A stretch of 64,000 bases of DNA from Candidatus Omnitrophota bacterium (GCA_023818695.1 JAMWCF010000001.1:3538-67537); one strand, 5' to 3'; numbered from the stretch's first letter, positions 20,087 through 29,847 are shown. Program-made: numbers and translations. The notes: a model not told the origin generated them from the letters alone.

Positions 20087-20548
20087 ATGAGGAAGGTTTC
20101 CATCGGGGCGGATCACGGCGGTTTCGGGCTGAAGTCGGTTCTGATCCGCCGCTTGAAGAAGGAAGGGTATTACGGCGTGGACCGGGGCACTTTTTCGCGA
20201 CAGCCGTGTGATTACCCTGTTTTCGCCGCCCGGGTGGCGAAAGATGTCTCCTCCGGGATGGTCGGGCAGGGGATCCTCCTGTGCAAGAGCGGAGGGGGAA
20301 TGGCCATCGCAGCCAATAAATTCCCCGGCGTCCGGGCCGTCGTCTGCCAGACGGCCGCTTCCGCCAGGCATGCCCGGGAGCACAACGACGCCAACATCCT
20401 GGTTCTCGGAGCGAGCGGTCTTTCTTCGGAGAGAGCCGTTGCGATATTGAGGGAATGGCTGAAAACCCCCTTTGCGGGGGGCCGCCATGCGAGGCGGATC
20501 CGTCAGATCAGCCGGATCGAACACGACACCATGAAAAAACGGAAGTGA
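20087..20548 (+). CDS. rpiB: Ribose-5-phosphate isomerase B
   Basis: [13 protein letters not shown]...[14 protein letters not shown] RpiB/LacAB motifs; the track ORF begins 27 nt upstream. Confidence 0.88.
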   Translation: MRKVSIGADHGGFGLKSVLIRRLKKEGYYGVDRGTFSRQPCDYPVFAARVAKDVSSGMVGQGILLCKSGGGMAIAANKFPGVRAVVCQTAASARHAREHNDANILVLGASGLSSERAVAILREWLKTPFAGGRHARRIRQISRIEHDTMKKRK

Positions 20549-20552
20549 GACC

Positions 20553-21848
20553 ATGCTTGAAAATCTGAAAAGTGCGGATCCTGAAATTTACAGGGCGATC
20601 TGTCTGGAGACGATCCGCCAGCAGGAAAACCTTGAGCTGATCGCCAGCGAGAACGTCGTCTCCCTGCCTGTTCTGGAAGCGGTCGGGTCGGTCATGACAA
20701 ACAAGTACGCGGAGGGGTACCCGGCGGCCCGGTGGTATGACGGCTGTCAGTTTGTGGACCAGGCGGAGGCCCTGGCGATCGAACGGGCAAAGGCTCTCTT
20801 CGGGGCGGAGCATGTGAATGCCCAGCCTCATTCCGGTTCGCAGGCCAACACGGCTGTTTACCTGGCCGTCCTCAACCCCGGGGACACCATCCTGGCCATG
20901 AATTTAAGCCACGGAGGGCATCTGACCCACGGACATCCCAAGAACATCTCCGGCCGGCTGTTCAACATCGTTCCCTATGGCGTCTCCCAGAAAGATTACC
21001 GGATCGACTACGATCAGGTGATGGAACTGGCCAGGCGGCACAAGCCGAAGATGATCGTCGCTGGCTATTCCGCTTACCCGCGGGAGCTTGACTTCAAGAA
21101 ATTCCGGCAGATTGCCGACGCGGTGGGGGCTTACCTGATGGTTGACATGGCCCATTTCGCCGGGTTGGTGGCCGCGAAGATTCATCCCTCCCCGGTTCCT
21201 TACTCCGAGTTTGTTACCACCACGACCCACAAAACACTGCGCGGCCCCCGCGGGGGGTTGATCCTCTGCCGCAGTGAGTTTGCCAAGAAGATCAACGCGC
21301 AGATTTTTCCGGGCATTCAAGGGGGACCGCTCATGCACGTCATTGCGGGCAAAGCGGTTGCCTTGAAGGAGGCGATGACCCCGGAGTTCAAACAGTACCA
21401 GCAGCAGGTCGTCAAGAACTCTCAAGCGCTGGCAAGCGGCCTGCTGGAAAAGGGGTGGAGGGTCTTGACCGGCGGGACCGACAACCACCTCGTTCTAGTC
21501 GATCTGACGACCAAAGAGGTCACCGGCAAGGATGCCGCCACGGTTCTGGATTCGGTCCGGATCACGGTCAACAAGAACGCGATCCCCTTCGACCCGAACC
21601 CGCCGGCGGTGGCCGGCGGCATCCGGTTGGGAACTCCGGCTGTCACAAGCCGCGGGATGAAAGAGGCGGAGTTCAAAACCATTGCCGGGTTGATCGACAA
21701 AACATTGAGCGCCTCCTCTGAAGAGGGGGTGCTGGAGCAGGTCCGTCGGGACGTCCAGCGTTTGACCGACCGGTTTCCGCTTTATCCGGAGTTGAGGCGA
21801 ACCATGCCTTCGGCCGATGAACTGCTGGCCGCAGGACGAATAGTATAA
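20553..21848 (+). CDS. glyA: Serine hydroxymethyltransferase
   Basis: Full-length SHMT with the PLP-lysine motif [14 protein letters not shown]. Confidence 0.95.
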   Translation: MLENLKSADPEIYRAICLETIRQQENLELIASENVVSLPVLEAVGSVMTNKYAEGYPAARWYDGCQFVDQAEALAIERAKALFGAEHVNAQPHSGSQANTAVYLAVLNPGDTILAMNLSHGGHLTHGHPKNISGRLFNIVPYGVSQKDYRIDYDQVMELARRHKPKMIVAGYSAYPRELDFKKFRQIADAVGAYLMVDMAHFAGLVAAKIHPSPVPYSEFVTTTTHKTLRGPRGGLILCRSEFAKKINAQIFPGIQGGPLMHVIAGKAVALKEAMTPEFKQYQQQVVKNSQALASGLLEKGWRVLTGGTDNHLVLVDLTTKEVTGKDAATVLDSVRITVNKNAIPFDPNPPAVAGGIRLGTPAVTSRGMKEAEFKTIAGLIDKTLSASSEEGVLEQVRRDVQRLTDRFPLYPELRRTMPSADELLAAGRIV

Positions 21849-21851
21849 GGA

Positions 21852-22310
21852 ATGCGCTGTCCTTACTGCGGTTCCATAGAGGATAAGGTCATCGATTCCC
21901 GGGAGTCCCCGGACGGGTCGGAGATCCGCCGGCGGCGGGAATGCCTGAAGTGCGCCAGACGCAGCACCACTTACGAACGGCTGGAGGAGTCCCCCCTGCT
22001 GGTCGTCAAAAGGGACGGCAGGCGGGAACCTTATGAAAAGCGCAAGGTTCTCAACGGCGTCGTCAAGGCCTGCGAGAAGCGGCCGATCTCCATGGAAGCG
22101 ATCGAGACGCTGGTCGACGAAGTGGACAGGGAAATCCGCCAGGAGTTTGAGAAGGAGGTTTCCTCCACGGAGGTCGGGGAGCGGGTTATGGGAAAGCTCC
22201 AGAAGCTGGACGATGTGGCTTACGTCCGGTTCGCTTCCGTCTACCGCTCTTTCAAAGATCTTAACCAGTTCATGCGCGAGCTGCGCGACCTGTTGAACAG
22301 CAAGAAGTAG
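21852..22310 (+). CDS. nrdR: Transcriptional repressor NrdR
   Basis: MRCPYCGS...C-x2-C zinc ribbon followed by an ATP-cone. Confidence 0.9.
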   Translation: MRCPYCGSIEDKVIDSRESPDGSEIRRRRECLKCARRSTTYERLEESPLLVVKRDGRREPYEKRKVLNGVVKACEKRPISMEAIETLVDEVDREIRQEFEKEVSSTEVGERVMGKLQKLDDVAYVRFASVYRSFKDLNQFMRELRDLLNSKK

Positions 22311-22851
22311 TTTTGATCATCCGCTTCACCAGTTCCATCGGCAGCCCCACCACGTTCGTATAGGACCCCCGGATCCTGACCACCACGGGATCCATCTTTT
22401 CCTGCACCGCGTAAGCTCCCGCCTTGTCCGGATGTTTTTTGGCATATCGGCTGATCTGAAGGGTGGACAGGGGCCGCATGGTCACCCGGCTGACGGCATG
22501 CCCCACTTTTCTTTTTCCGGATGCGGCGTTCACCAGCGCCACGGCGGTGATGACCCGGTGGGTTGTCCCCTGGAGCTTTTTCAATATCCGACGCGCCTCT
22601 CCGACACTGGCCGGCTTCCCGTAAATCTTTCTGCCGAGCACAACGACCGTGTCGGCCCCCAGTACCCAGCCCTTTCCGGTCTTTCCGGCCACCGCCAGCG
22701 CTTTCGCGAAAGCCAGCTTCTTCGCGTAGGAAACCGGATCTTCTCCGGCTTTGGGCGGCGGTTCCGGGATCCGGCTGGCGACAGCGCGGAACCGGATGCC
22801 GTGCTCCCGCAGAAGACGTTTTCTTCTCGGAGAAGCGGATGCCAGGATCAA
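22270..22851 (-). CDS. maf: Maf-like nucleoside triphosphate pyrophosphatase
   Basis: MILASASPRRKRLL...LGADTVV Maf signature; its 3' end overlaps the 3' end of nrdR by ~41 bp. Confidence 0.85.
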   Translation of the reverse strand: MILASASPRRKRLLREHGIRFRAVASRIPEPPPKAGEDPVSYAKKLAFAKALAVAGKTGKGWVLGADTVVVLGRKIYGKPASVGEARRILKKLQGTTHRVITAVALVNAASGKRKVGHAVSRVTMRPLSTLQISRYAKKHPDKAGAYAVQEKMDPVVVRIRGSYTNVVGLPMELVKRMIKTTSCCSTGRAARA

Positions 22852-22853
22852 GT

Positions 22854-23894
22854 TTATTGGTTTTCCTGCTGACCGGCCGGCGCCGTTTCAGGCGGCGCTG
22901 TTTCGGGGGCGGAGCTGTCCGGCAGAAGTTTCTGAAGGTTGGCCCGTTTGAGCAATTCCGAATACCAACTGAAGTAGTTGGCGATCCTCTTCTGGTCCGT
23001 CAGCTCCTGCTTGAGTCGTCCTTCCACCGCCGCCAGCTCGTCCGGCTGCGGATCCCGCGCTGCTTCCACGCGGGCGACGAACCATCCGGTCGGGGTCGTC
23101 CAGGGGCCGCCGCTCTCGCCGGGGGCCAGATCAAACAGGGAGAGGAACCCCTCATTGGTCGTTCCGAACTCCTTGGGGGGAGTCGACTTCTTGAGGAAAT
23201 CCGTTTTGATCACCTGAAGGTTGCTTTCCTGTGCGATCTGTTCAAGGGTCTGCCCCGGCTGCCTCAACCGTTCAGCGGCCGCCTGGGCCGCGGGTTCATC
23301 GTTGAACAGGATGAAGCTGATCTGGATCGCCTTCTCCGACTGCCGGAATGCCTCCAAGAGCTCCGGCTGCGTGACCTCCGCCTGGATGGCCCACTCCGTG
23401 AGTTTCAGAATCATCAGGGTCTGACGGATCTCTTCCTCAAAAGTCCGGGGAGTGGTCCCCAGGGTGTACTGGACGATGGCTTGGTATGCCCCCTGGTCAA
23501 AAAAGCCGTTCCGCTGAAAAAGGGGCCAGCGCTGGAGTTCCTGGATGACCTCCTGGTCGGTGACCTGAATCTTGCGCCTTTTGGCCTCCTCCAGAAGGGT
23601 TAGCCGCTGCCATGCGAGCCGTTCCATTTCCTGGGGCGGTACTTTCTCCCTGAATTTGTCTCCATGATTCAGAAGCGCTTGGCGCGCCACCGCATTGAGG
23701 GCCTGCTGATACTCGGTCAGAGAGACCTTTTTGCCAAAGAGGATCCCCGCTGTCTCCCCCCGGGTGCTCTGCAGGGAAACGGCCGTCCCGATCAGCCAGA
23801 GCACCATAACGCCGACGGTGATGCCGGCGACTGTTCCGATGTGGTTTCTGACCCAGTTCATCATGAGGAAAAGACTCCTGTTTAAAGGCCTCAT
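22854..23894 (-). CDS. Membrane-anchored periplasmic chaperone / peptidyl-prolyl isomerase, PpiD/SurA-like
   Basis: N-terminal TM (MMNWVRNHIGTVAGITVGVMVLWLIG), SurA-N-like helical domain, parvulin-like C-terminal motif GESGGPWTTPTGWFVARVE; GGAGG RBS on the minus strand. Confidence 0.55.
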   Translation of the reverse strand: MRPLNRSLFLMMNWVRNHIGTVAGITVGVMVLWLIGTAVSLQSTRGETAGILFGKKVSLTEYQQALNAVARQALLNHGDKFREKVPPQEMERLAWQRLTLLEEAKRRKIQVTDQEVIQELQRWPLFQRNGFFDQGAYQAIVQYTLGTTPRTFEEEIRQTLMILKLTEWAIQAEVTQPELLEAFRQSEKAIQISFILFNDEPAAQAAAERLRQPGQTLEQIAQESNLQVIKTDFLKKSTPPKEFGTTNEGFLSLFDLAPGESGGPWTTPTGWFVARVEAARDPQPDELAAVEGRLKQELTDQKRIANYFSWYSELLKRANLQKLLPDSSAPETAPPETAPAGQQENQ

Positions 23895-24108
23895 TCTACT
23901 ATAGTGGAGGATCGGTCACAACAGCCGGCGGTGCCGGGGCCCCCGCGAGGGGTTGGCCCGCGCGCGGACGCTCATGAGGCCGCGGCGGGACATCCTGAAG
24001 CGGGGCTCCTGATACCGCCTAAGCTTGATATATTAATCAATATATTAATTTAGAAATTGAAGGTTCATATTCTTCTCTTTTGATATCCTTTATTTATAAA
24101 GAGTTCCA

Positions 24109-24137
24109 TTGACGAAGAGACCGCAGCGTCTTATAAT
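24109..24137 (+). promoter_or_regulatory. Consensus sigma-70/SigA-type promoter for hisG: TTGACG-N17-TATAAT
   Basis: -35 TTGACG (24109-24114), 17-nt spacer, -10 TATAAT (24132-24137); AT-rich UP-like region upstream containing ATATATTAAT direct repeats. Confidence 0.5.
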
Positions 24138-24224
24138 CCCTTTCCTGCGGTTTTACTTTTCTATCCTAATGGGTTGAGTCTCCCTAAACATGGGGGATGC
24201 GAACAAGAGCGGAGGTTCCAAAGC

Positions 24225-25097
24225 GTGAGGCTTAAGTTAGGTTTACCTAAGGGAAGTCTGCAGCAATCCACGGTTGATTTGTTCCGGCATGCCGGATTTC
24301 AATTAAATTTCTCGGAACGGTCCTATTTCCCGACAATCGATGATGAGGAGATGGAGTTGGTTTTCCTCCGGGCCCAGGAGATGTCCAGGTACGTGGAGGC
24401 GGGCGCCATTGACGCCGGCATCACCGGAAATGACTGGATTTTGGAGAACGGTTCCGACATCGTCAAAGTGACGGAGTTAACCTATTCGAAGCAGAGTCTG
24501 GAGCCGGTCCGGTGGGTTTTGGCGGTGCCGGTCGATTCCAAGGTGACCCGCCCGAAAGATTTGGAGGGCAAGCGGATTGCCACCGAACTGGTGAATATGA
24601 CCAAGTCGTACCTCAAGACCCATCGGGTCAACGCTCATGTGGAGTTTTCCTGGGGAGCCACGGAGGCGAAGGTGGGGACGAACCTTGTCGACGCCATCGT
24701 GGAACTGACGGAAACGGGCGCCTCCTTGAGGGCCAACAAGCTGCGGATCGTCGACACCATCTGCTCTTCTTCCACGCAGATGATCGCCAACAAGGCGGCC
24801 TGGAAGGATCCCTGGAAGAGGAAAAAGCTGGAATCGGTTTCGACGCTGCTCAAGGGCGCGATCGCCGCCCGATCCAAAGTCGGGCTGAAGCTGAACGTTT
24901 CCAAGAAGAACTTAAAGGCCGTGCTGAACATCCTGCCGGCCATTAAGAAGCCCACCATTTCTCAGTTGAGCTCCACCGGCTGGTTTGCCGTGGAGACGGT
25001 TCTGGATGAGAAGGTGGTCCGGTCCCTTCTGCCCGATTTGAAGAAAGCCGGCGGTGAGGGGATCATCGAATACAGTTTGAATAAGGTCATTTATTAA
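24225..25097 (+). CDS. hisG: ATP phosphoribosyltransferase, long form (HisG)
   Basis: GTG start with GGAGG 9 nt upstream; [12 protein letters not shown]...[12 protein letters not shown] with a C-terminal regulatory domain; the track ORF starts further upstream at TTG 24174. Confidence 0.85.
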   Translation: MRLKLGLPKGSLQQSTVDLFRHAGFQLNFSERSYFPTIDDEEMELVFLRAQEMSRYVEAGAIDAGITGNDWILENGSDIVKVTELTYSKQSLEPVRWVLAVPVDSKVTRPKDLEGKRIATELVNMTKSYLKTHRVNAHVEFSWGATEAKVGTNLVDAIVELTETGASLRANKLRIVDTICSSSTQMIANKAAWKDPWKRKKLESVSTLLKGAIAARSKVGLKLNVSKKNLKAVLNILPAIKKPTISQLSSTGWFAVETVLDEKVVRSLLPDLKKAGGEGIIEYSLNKVIY

Positions 25098-25122
25098 CGG
25101 TTCCTCTTCAAGGGGAGCGTGG

Positions 25123-25212
25123 ATGTCGAACTTAAGGAAAAAACGCCGAAAGAAGATGGCTAAGCACAAGAGAAAGAAGCGTCTTCGGCGCGACAGGCAC
25201 AAGAAGAAATAA
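25123..25212 (+). CDS. Micro-ORF encoding a 29-aa highly basic peptide, 30S ribosomal protein bS22-like (AURKAIP1/COX24-like)
   Basis: AAGGGGAG RBS; MSNLRKKRRKKMAKHKRKKRLRRDRHKKK aligns with mycobacterial bS22 (…[25 protein letters not shown]…); below the ORF-track length cutoff. Confidence 0.5.
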   Translation: MSNLRKKRRKKMAKHKRKKRLRRDRHKKK

Positions 25213-25251
25213 TCGCGCCGGACGGTTATAACCGGCGTCGATACAGGAGGA

Positions 25252-26886
25252 ATGATGAACCCGCGGGGAGTGGGAAGGGGAGTTCTTTTGTCCGTTGTGA
25301 TGGCCCTCCTCGCGGCCGGTTGCAAGCATGCCGAGCGGATCAAGCTGGCCATGGATCTGCGGCAGGCGGCCGCCAGCTCGTCGAACGATTATTTTTTTCC
25401 CCGCCGGACGGAGGAACGTCTCTCCCAGTCCGCCTCTTTGGCCGCGTACTTGGCCGGCCTGCTCGCCGAGGGACAGAACGACCTTCAAACTGCCGAACAG
25501 AAATATGGCAAGGTCCTGGAAAAGGACCCCAGCTCCCAGCAGGTGCTCCTGCGCCTTGGGATCATCTACATGCGGCGCAACCAGCTGATGAACGCCAGCC
25601 GCTGTTTCGAATTGGCCGCCGCGCGCAATGAGGCCGATCCCCGTCCCCGCTTTCTGTTGGGCATTCTCTACACGAACCAGGGCCGTTTGGGCGAGGCGGC
25701 CGGTCAGTACAGCCAGATCCTCGTTGAAGACCCCGGGAATTTAGCGGCCTTGAGCCAGTTGGCCGACCTGTATGTTTTTCAGGAGAAGCTCCAGGAAGGG
25801 CTGGCCGTTTACCAGAAGTTTCTGGAGCAGAGGCCCGATTCCGCGGTCGCCCATTTCAATGTGGCGGTTCTGTACGCCAAGGTCAAACAGTGGAAAGAGG
25901 CCTCGTGGCATTTCCGCAAAGCGATCGAGCTGGATCCCGCCAATCTGGAAGCCCGTCTGGGGCTGGCTGTGAGTCTCGAGCAGGAAGGGGATTACGGCGG
26001 GGCCCAGGAGCAGTTTGAAAAAGCGCTGGCGATGGAGCCGGCCAATGTCCGCCTCATCCGCTACCTGGCCCATTTGTCCTACCGGCTGGGGGAGTTGGAG
26101 AAAGCGGCGGAATGGTTGGGCCGCTACTTGGGATACAACCCGCGGGATTCCGAAGCCTACCTGGAACTGGGATACCTGCGGATCGAACAGGGGCGCCTGG
26201 AGGAGGGGATACAGTTCATCAAGCTGGCGCTGGAGATCGGCAGTTTCGAAGAGCCCCCCCTGGACCTCTGGATCCGGCTGGGAGCCGCCTACCAGTCGGC
26301 GGGGGCTTATGCCGAGGCGGAGGCCTCTTTCCAGCAGGCGGTGAAGCTGGCACCGGAAACCACCGTCACTCATTTTTATCTGGGGGCTTTTTATCAATGG
26401 AGGCAGAGGTATCCGGAAGCGGAGGAGGCGTTCCGCAAGGCCTATCAGATCGACCCGGAGGATCCCCAGATTCTCAACGCGCTGGCTTATCTTTACGCCG
26501 TCTGGGAGGTTCGGTTGGAGGAGGCGCAGGAGCTGATTCAGAAGGCGTTGAGCCAGGATCCCGGCAACGGCGGTTTTATCGACACCCTGGCGTGGGTTTG
26601 GTTTAAAATGGGAAAGGCGAAAGAAGCGGTTCCGCTGTTGGAGGAGGCGGTCACCCGGCGCGCGGATCCGGAGATATATGAACACCTGGGTCAGGTATAC
26701 TTACATCTAGGGGAAGGGGAGAAGGCCAGGGAGGCGTGGCAGAAAGGATTGGAGTTGAATCCCCAGGATCCCAAAATACGAAAAAAACTAGAGTTGAATA
26801 TAAAATTAATTAACAATCGGCATCCGAAGCGAAAAGAGAGCAGGTTGGATGCGTCTTCCCTCATAAGAGAAAGGTTATTTACATGA
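25252..26886 (+). CDS. TPR-repeat lipoprotein (544 aa)
   Basis: AGGAGGA RBS; lipobox LLAAGC; more than 10 tetratricopeptide repeats; 4-nt overlap (ATGA) with the downstream FtsH-like gene. Confidence 0.7.
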   Translation: MMNPRGVGRGVLLSVVMALLAAGCKHAERIKLAMDLRQAAASSSNDYFFPRRTEERLSQSASLAAYLAGLLAEGQNDLQTAEQKYGKVLEKDPSSQQVLLRLGIIYMRRNQLMNASRCFELAAARNEADPRPRFLLGILYTNQGRLGEAAGQYSQILVEDPGNLAALSQLADLYVFQEKLQEGLAVYQKFLEQRPDSAVAHFNVAVLYAKVKQWKEASWHFRKAIELDPANLEARLGLAVSLEQEGDYGGAQEQFEKALAMEPANVRLIRYLAHLSYRLGELEKAAEWLGRYLGYNPRDSEAYLELGYLRIEQGRLEEGIQFIKLALEIGSFEEPPLDLWIRLGAAYQSAGAYAEAEASFQQAVKLAPETTVTHFYLGAFYQWRQRYPEAEEAFRKAYQIDPEDPQILNALAYLYAVWEVRLEEAQELIQKALSQDPGNGGFIDTLAWVWFKMGKAKEAVPLLEEAVTRRADPEIYEHLGQVYLHLGEGEKAREAWQKGLELNPQDPKIRKKLELNIKLINNRHPKRKESRLDASSLIRERLFT

Positions 26887-28538
26887 TTTACTGGTTGCGC
26901 AAGGTCAAGATTTTCTTCTCGGATCACTGGATCGCCTTTACAGTGGGGATTTTCGTCGCCATCTGTTTTGCGCTGACCTACTACGGGATGTCCAAGCTGG
27001 AGTCCTTTTACGTCAACATGACGATAGCGACCCTGCCTTTGCACATCCTGACATGGATTCTGGGTTCTGTCATTTCGGCCTTCATCTACGTTTCTCTTCT
27101 TTTCGGCATGTTTTCGAAGAGGGGTTCGCAGGGGAAGAAGGTCAAAGCGGACGAGGTGAACGTCCACTTCAGCGATGTCATCGGGATCGATGAGGCGAAA
27201 GAGGAGGCATGGGAGGTCGTCCAGCTTCTAAAGGATCACGCCCGCTTGAAGAGGGTGGGGGGGAAGATCATCCGGGGGATTCTGATGCAGGGGCCTCCGG
27301 GGTGCGGGAAGACCTATCTGGCCAAGGCGATCGCCACGGAGGCGGGGGTACCCTTCCTTTCGCTGGCCGCTTCCGATTTTGTGGAGATCTTCGTCGGTGT
27401 CGGGGCCAGTCGGGTCCGCAAGCTGTTCAAGGATGCCCGACGGAAGGCCTACAGCAACGGGGCCTGTATCGTCTTTATCGATGAGTTGGATGCGGTGGGC
27501 CGGACTCGGTCCTTCAGCTGGATGGGAGGGCAGGAAACCAATTCCACCTTGAACTCCATTCTGGTTGAGATGGACGGGTTGCAGGGAAGACGGGAAAATG
27601 TAATCGTCATCGGGGCCACCAACGCTGCGGAGGAGGCTTTGGATCCGGCGCTGCTTCGTCCCGGCCGATTTGACCGGAAGATTTATGTGGACCGTCCCAA
27701 CCTGGTCGGCCGCGAAAAAATCCTGGAGTATTACATGGGAAAGATCCAGGCGGAGGCCGGGATCGATATCCCCCGCCTTGCTCGCAGGACCGTCGGGAAG
27801 ACCCCCGCGGAGCTGGAGAACCTTGTGAAGGAAGCGGCCTTGATCGCGACCCGCAACAAGCGGGAGAAGGTGACATACGATGATCTTTCCGAGGCCCTGG
27901 AGCGGATCGAGCTGGGGATCAAGCACCGCAAGAGCATGTCCGAGCATGAAAGAAAAATGACGGCCTACCACGAAGCCGGCCATCTGCTGGTCCTTTATTT
28001 TCTGCATCCGACCGACGATGTCTTCAAGGCCTCCATCATCGCCCGGCGGGGGACGCTGGGGGTGGTTTACCACGCTCCCCGCGAGGAACTGCACTCCCAC
28101 GATAAGAACAAACTGATGGCCGACATCAAGGTGTCGCTGGCGGGCTACTGCGCGGAGAAAATCGTTTACGGCGTCACCACCACGGGGGTGTCGGGCGATT
28201 TCCAGAACGCCATGGCCAAGGCGCACACGATGGTTTGGCGGCTGGGGATGGGTTCGAAATACTTGGGGGACTGGGGGATGCTCACGAACAACGGCAGCAG
28301 CCAGACCCTCTCCGAAAACGTCCGGGCCGAACTGAACGCCGAAACCAACGCCATCTTTCAGGAGTGCCTGAAAGAGGTTGAGCAGCTTTTGACCCGGGAG
28401 AGGAAGATCCTGGACCGGTTTGCCGATGAGCTGGTGAAGCGCGAGGAGTTGGAATACGACGACATCGAGGCAATTTTTGCCGAATACGGCAAGAGCCAAA
28501 AGCGCGAGGGAAATCAGCCCAAGCCGGCTTCCACGTAA
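26883..28538 (+). CDS. Atypical FtsH-family AAA+ ATPase / M41 zinc metalloprotease with minimal periplasmic loop
   Basis: Two N-terminal TMs ~20 aa apart, with no ~70-aa periplasmic domain; Walker A GPPGCGKT, Walker B IVFIDELD, SRH region; HEAGH zinc motif; C-terminal domain shorter than canonical FtsH. Confidence 0.75.
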   Translation: MIYWLRKVKIFFSDHWIAFTVGIFVAICFALTYYGMSKLESFYVNMTIATLPLHILTWILGSVISAFIYVSLLFGMFSKRGSQGKKVKADEVNVHFSDVIGIDEAKEEAWEVVQLLKDHARLKRVGGKIIRGILMQGPPGCGKTYLAKAIATEAGVPFLSLAASDFVEIFVGVGASRVRKLFKDARRKAYSNGACIVFIDELDAVGRTRSFSWMGGQETNSTLNSILVEMDGLQGRRENVIVIGATNAAEEALDPALLRPGRFDRKIYVDRPNLVGREKILEYYMGKIQAEAGIDIPRLARRTVGKTPAELENLVKEAALIATRNKREKVTYDDLSEALERIELGIKHRKSMSEHERKMTAYHEAGHLLVLYFLHPTDDVFKASIIARRGTLGVVYHAPREELHSHDKNKLMADIKVSLAGYCAEKIVYGVTTTGVSGDFQNAMAKAHTMVWRLGMGSKYLGDWGMLTNNGSSQTLSENVRAELNAETNAIFQECLKEVEQLLTRERKILDRFADELVKREELEYDDIEAIFAEYGKSQKREGNQPKPAST

Positions 28539-28551
28539 AAGGTGCTTTTGG

Positions 28552-29847
28552 ATGCGACGTTCTTTTCTCCTGTCCGTGACGCTGCTCTCCTGTACGCTCC
28601 TGACCTCCTGCGGCCCCTCTTATCCAAAGGAGCGGGTGGCGCAGTCGGTCGTTGACCTGTGCAAACGGGAATACAACCTGGACGTCATGTGCCAGGTACA
28701 GCAAACGACCATCGGCGTTCAGATTGTCATTCCCGGAATCATCGCCGAGTTGATGAAGCAGTCCGCCGGCTCCGGACCGGAGCTGCCCCCTCCGCTGGTG
28801 ATGGAAGGGGAATACCGGGATAACGATTTCAATTTTCAGTTCCAGGCCAAAGGGACCTTTGTCCGGGCTGGAAAGGAAAAGGAACGGGAAGAGAGCCGCC
28901 CCTCCCGGGACAGGGAGGAGTCGAAAGAGCTCAAAGCGCTCAACAACGTCTCGATGGTGATCAACCGGGTGGCCCTTTCGACCGATGCCAAACTGGAGTT
29001 CTATCTCCTGGTCGTGCGGGACCCCCTTTCGCACCTGGACCTGATTTTTTCAGGCCACCTCGGCGATTTGAAGCAGGTCCAATACTGGGCGATTTCGCGA
29101 GGGGAACTGCAGAAGCGAAGTAGGGTTTCCATGCGTCCGCCGCCGGAAGAGGTGGCCGCGCAGACGGTGGCTGATTTCTTGAACGACCTGTCGCAGGAGA
29201 CGCTCCTGCAGCTTTTGGAGCGCTACGCCGCTTTTTCCACCCGGTTCGGAGAGCTGCTGCCCAAGATCCTGCAGATGGCGGTGGAGTTCCAGGGGGCCCA
29301 GCGGCTGCTTCTGACGGAGAAATGGCCGGTCCGCCAGATCAGTCCGGACGAGGTTTTGGTTTACGTCACCCTCGAACCTGTGCGCAAGCCGGGAGCGATT
29401 CTGTTCACCGTTCAGATCAGGGAAGGCAGGGGGTATCTGGCCGGCCTGGACCGGTTGGAGAGCGGCCAGGTTCCCTATCCCTATACGGCGTTCGGCCCTC
29501 CGGAAAAATGGCATGAGGCCTTTTTCCTTGAGCCGATCGATCTGGCTCAATTCCTTTCCGATCAGATTGCTAAGCGGGTCCTGTCGGAATTCCGCCCGTA
29601 CAGCGAGCTGGTCACGAAAGAAGGGGGCGGCGCGTCAGGCAGGCCGGCGCCGAAACCGGCGACGGAAGCGGATGTCGTCCGCACCCTGATGGAAACCTCC
29701 GCTTACGTGCTCAACAGCTACCGGTTTCAGGAATTCGATGCTGTCAGCGTGACGGACGTCATGCAGGGAACCCGGTGGCAGGTTTCATCAAAGGAGCTGC
29801 CGCTTTACCGGCGGTCGAACGCTCCGGACCTGCAACCCATTCCATGA
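28552..29847 (+). CDS. Hypothetical lipoprotein (431 aa)
   Basis: Signal peptide with lipobox LLTSC; no recognisable domain; 13 nt downstream of the FtsH-like gene. Confidence 0.5.
   Translation: MRRSFLLSVTLLSCTLLTSCGPSYPKERVAQSVVDLCKREYNLDVMCQVQQTTIGVQIVIPGIIAELMKQSAGSGPELPPPLVMEGEYRDNDFNFQFQAKGTFVRAGKEKEREESRPSRDREESKELKALNNVSMVINRVALSTDAKLEFYLLVVRDPLSHLDLIFSGHLGDLKQVQYWAISRGELQKRSRVSMRPPPEEVAAQTVADFLNDLSQETLLQLLERYAAFSTRFGELLPKILQMAVEFQGAQRLLLTEKWPVRQISPDEVLVYVTLEPVRKPGAILFTVQIREGRGYLAGLDRLESGQVPYPYTAFGPPEKWHEAFFLEPIDLAQFLSDQIAKRVLSEFRPYSELVTKEGGGASGRPAPKPATEADVVRTLMETSAYVLNSYRFQEFDAVSVTDVMQGTRWQVSSKELPLYRRSNAPDLQPIP

Noticed and set aside
22563-23603. 346-aa plus-strand ORF opposite maf and the PpiD-like gene
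   Set aside because: The minus-strand genes have recognisable Maf and parvulin/SurA motifs and proper RBSs; the plus frame is Arg/Pro-rich noise.
23911-24000. GC-rich 90-bp block in the AT-rich hisG/ppiD-like intergenic region as a small RNA or REP element
   Set aside because: Only short hairpins (CCCC-GCGA-GGGG) with no terminator or promoter context; it is noted within the hisG finding, but the evidence is insufficient to call an ncRNA.
24190-24228. 12-codon uORF ([12 protein letters not shown]) ending on the hisG start as a possible his attenuator leader peptide
   Set aside because: Contains no His codons and has no SD of its own; recorded in the findings only as a possible coupling curiosity, not called as a feature.
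27228-28499. 423-aa minus-strand ORF opposite the FtsH-like gene
   Set aside because: The forward frame carries Walker A/B and HEAGH motifs; the reverse frame is an artefact.
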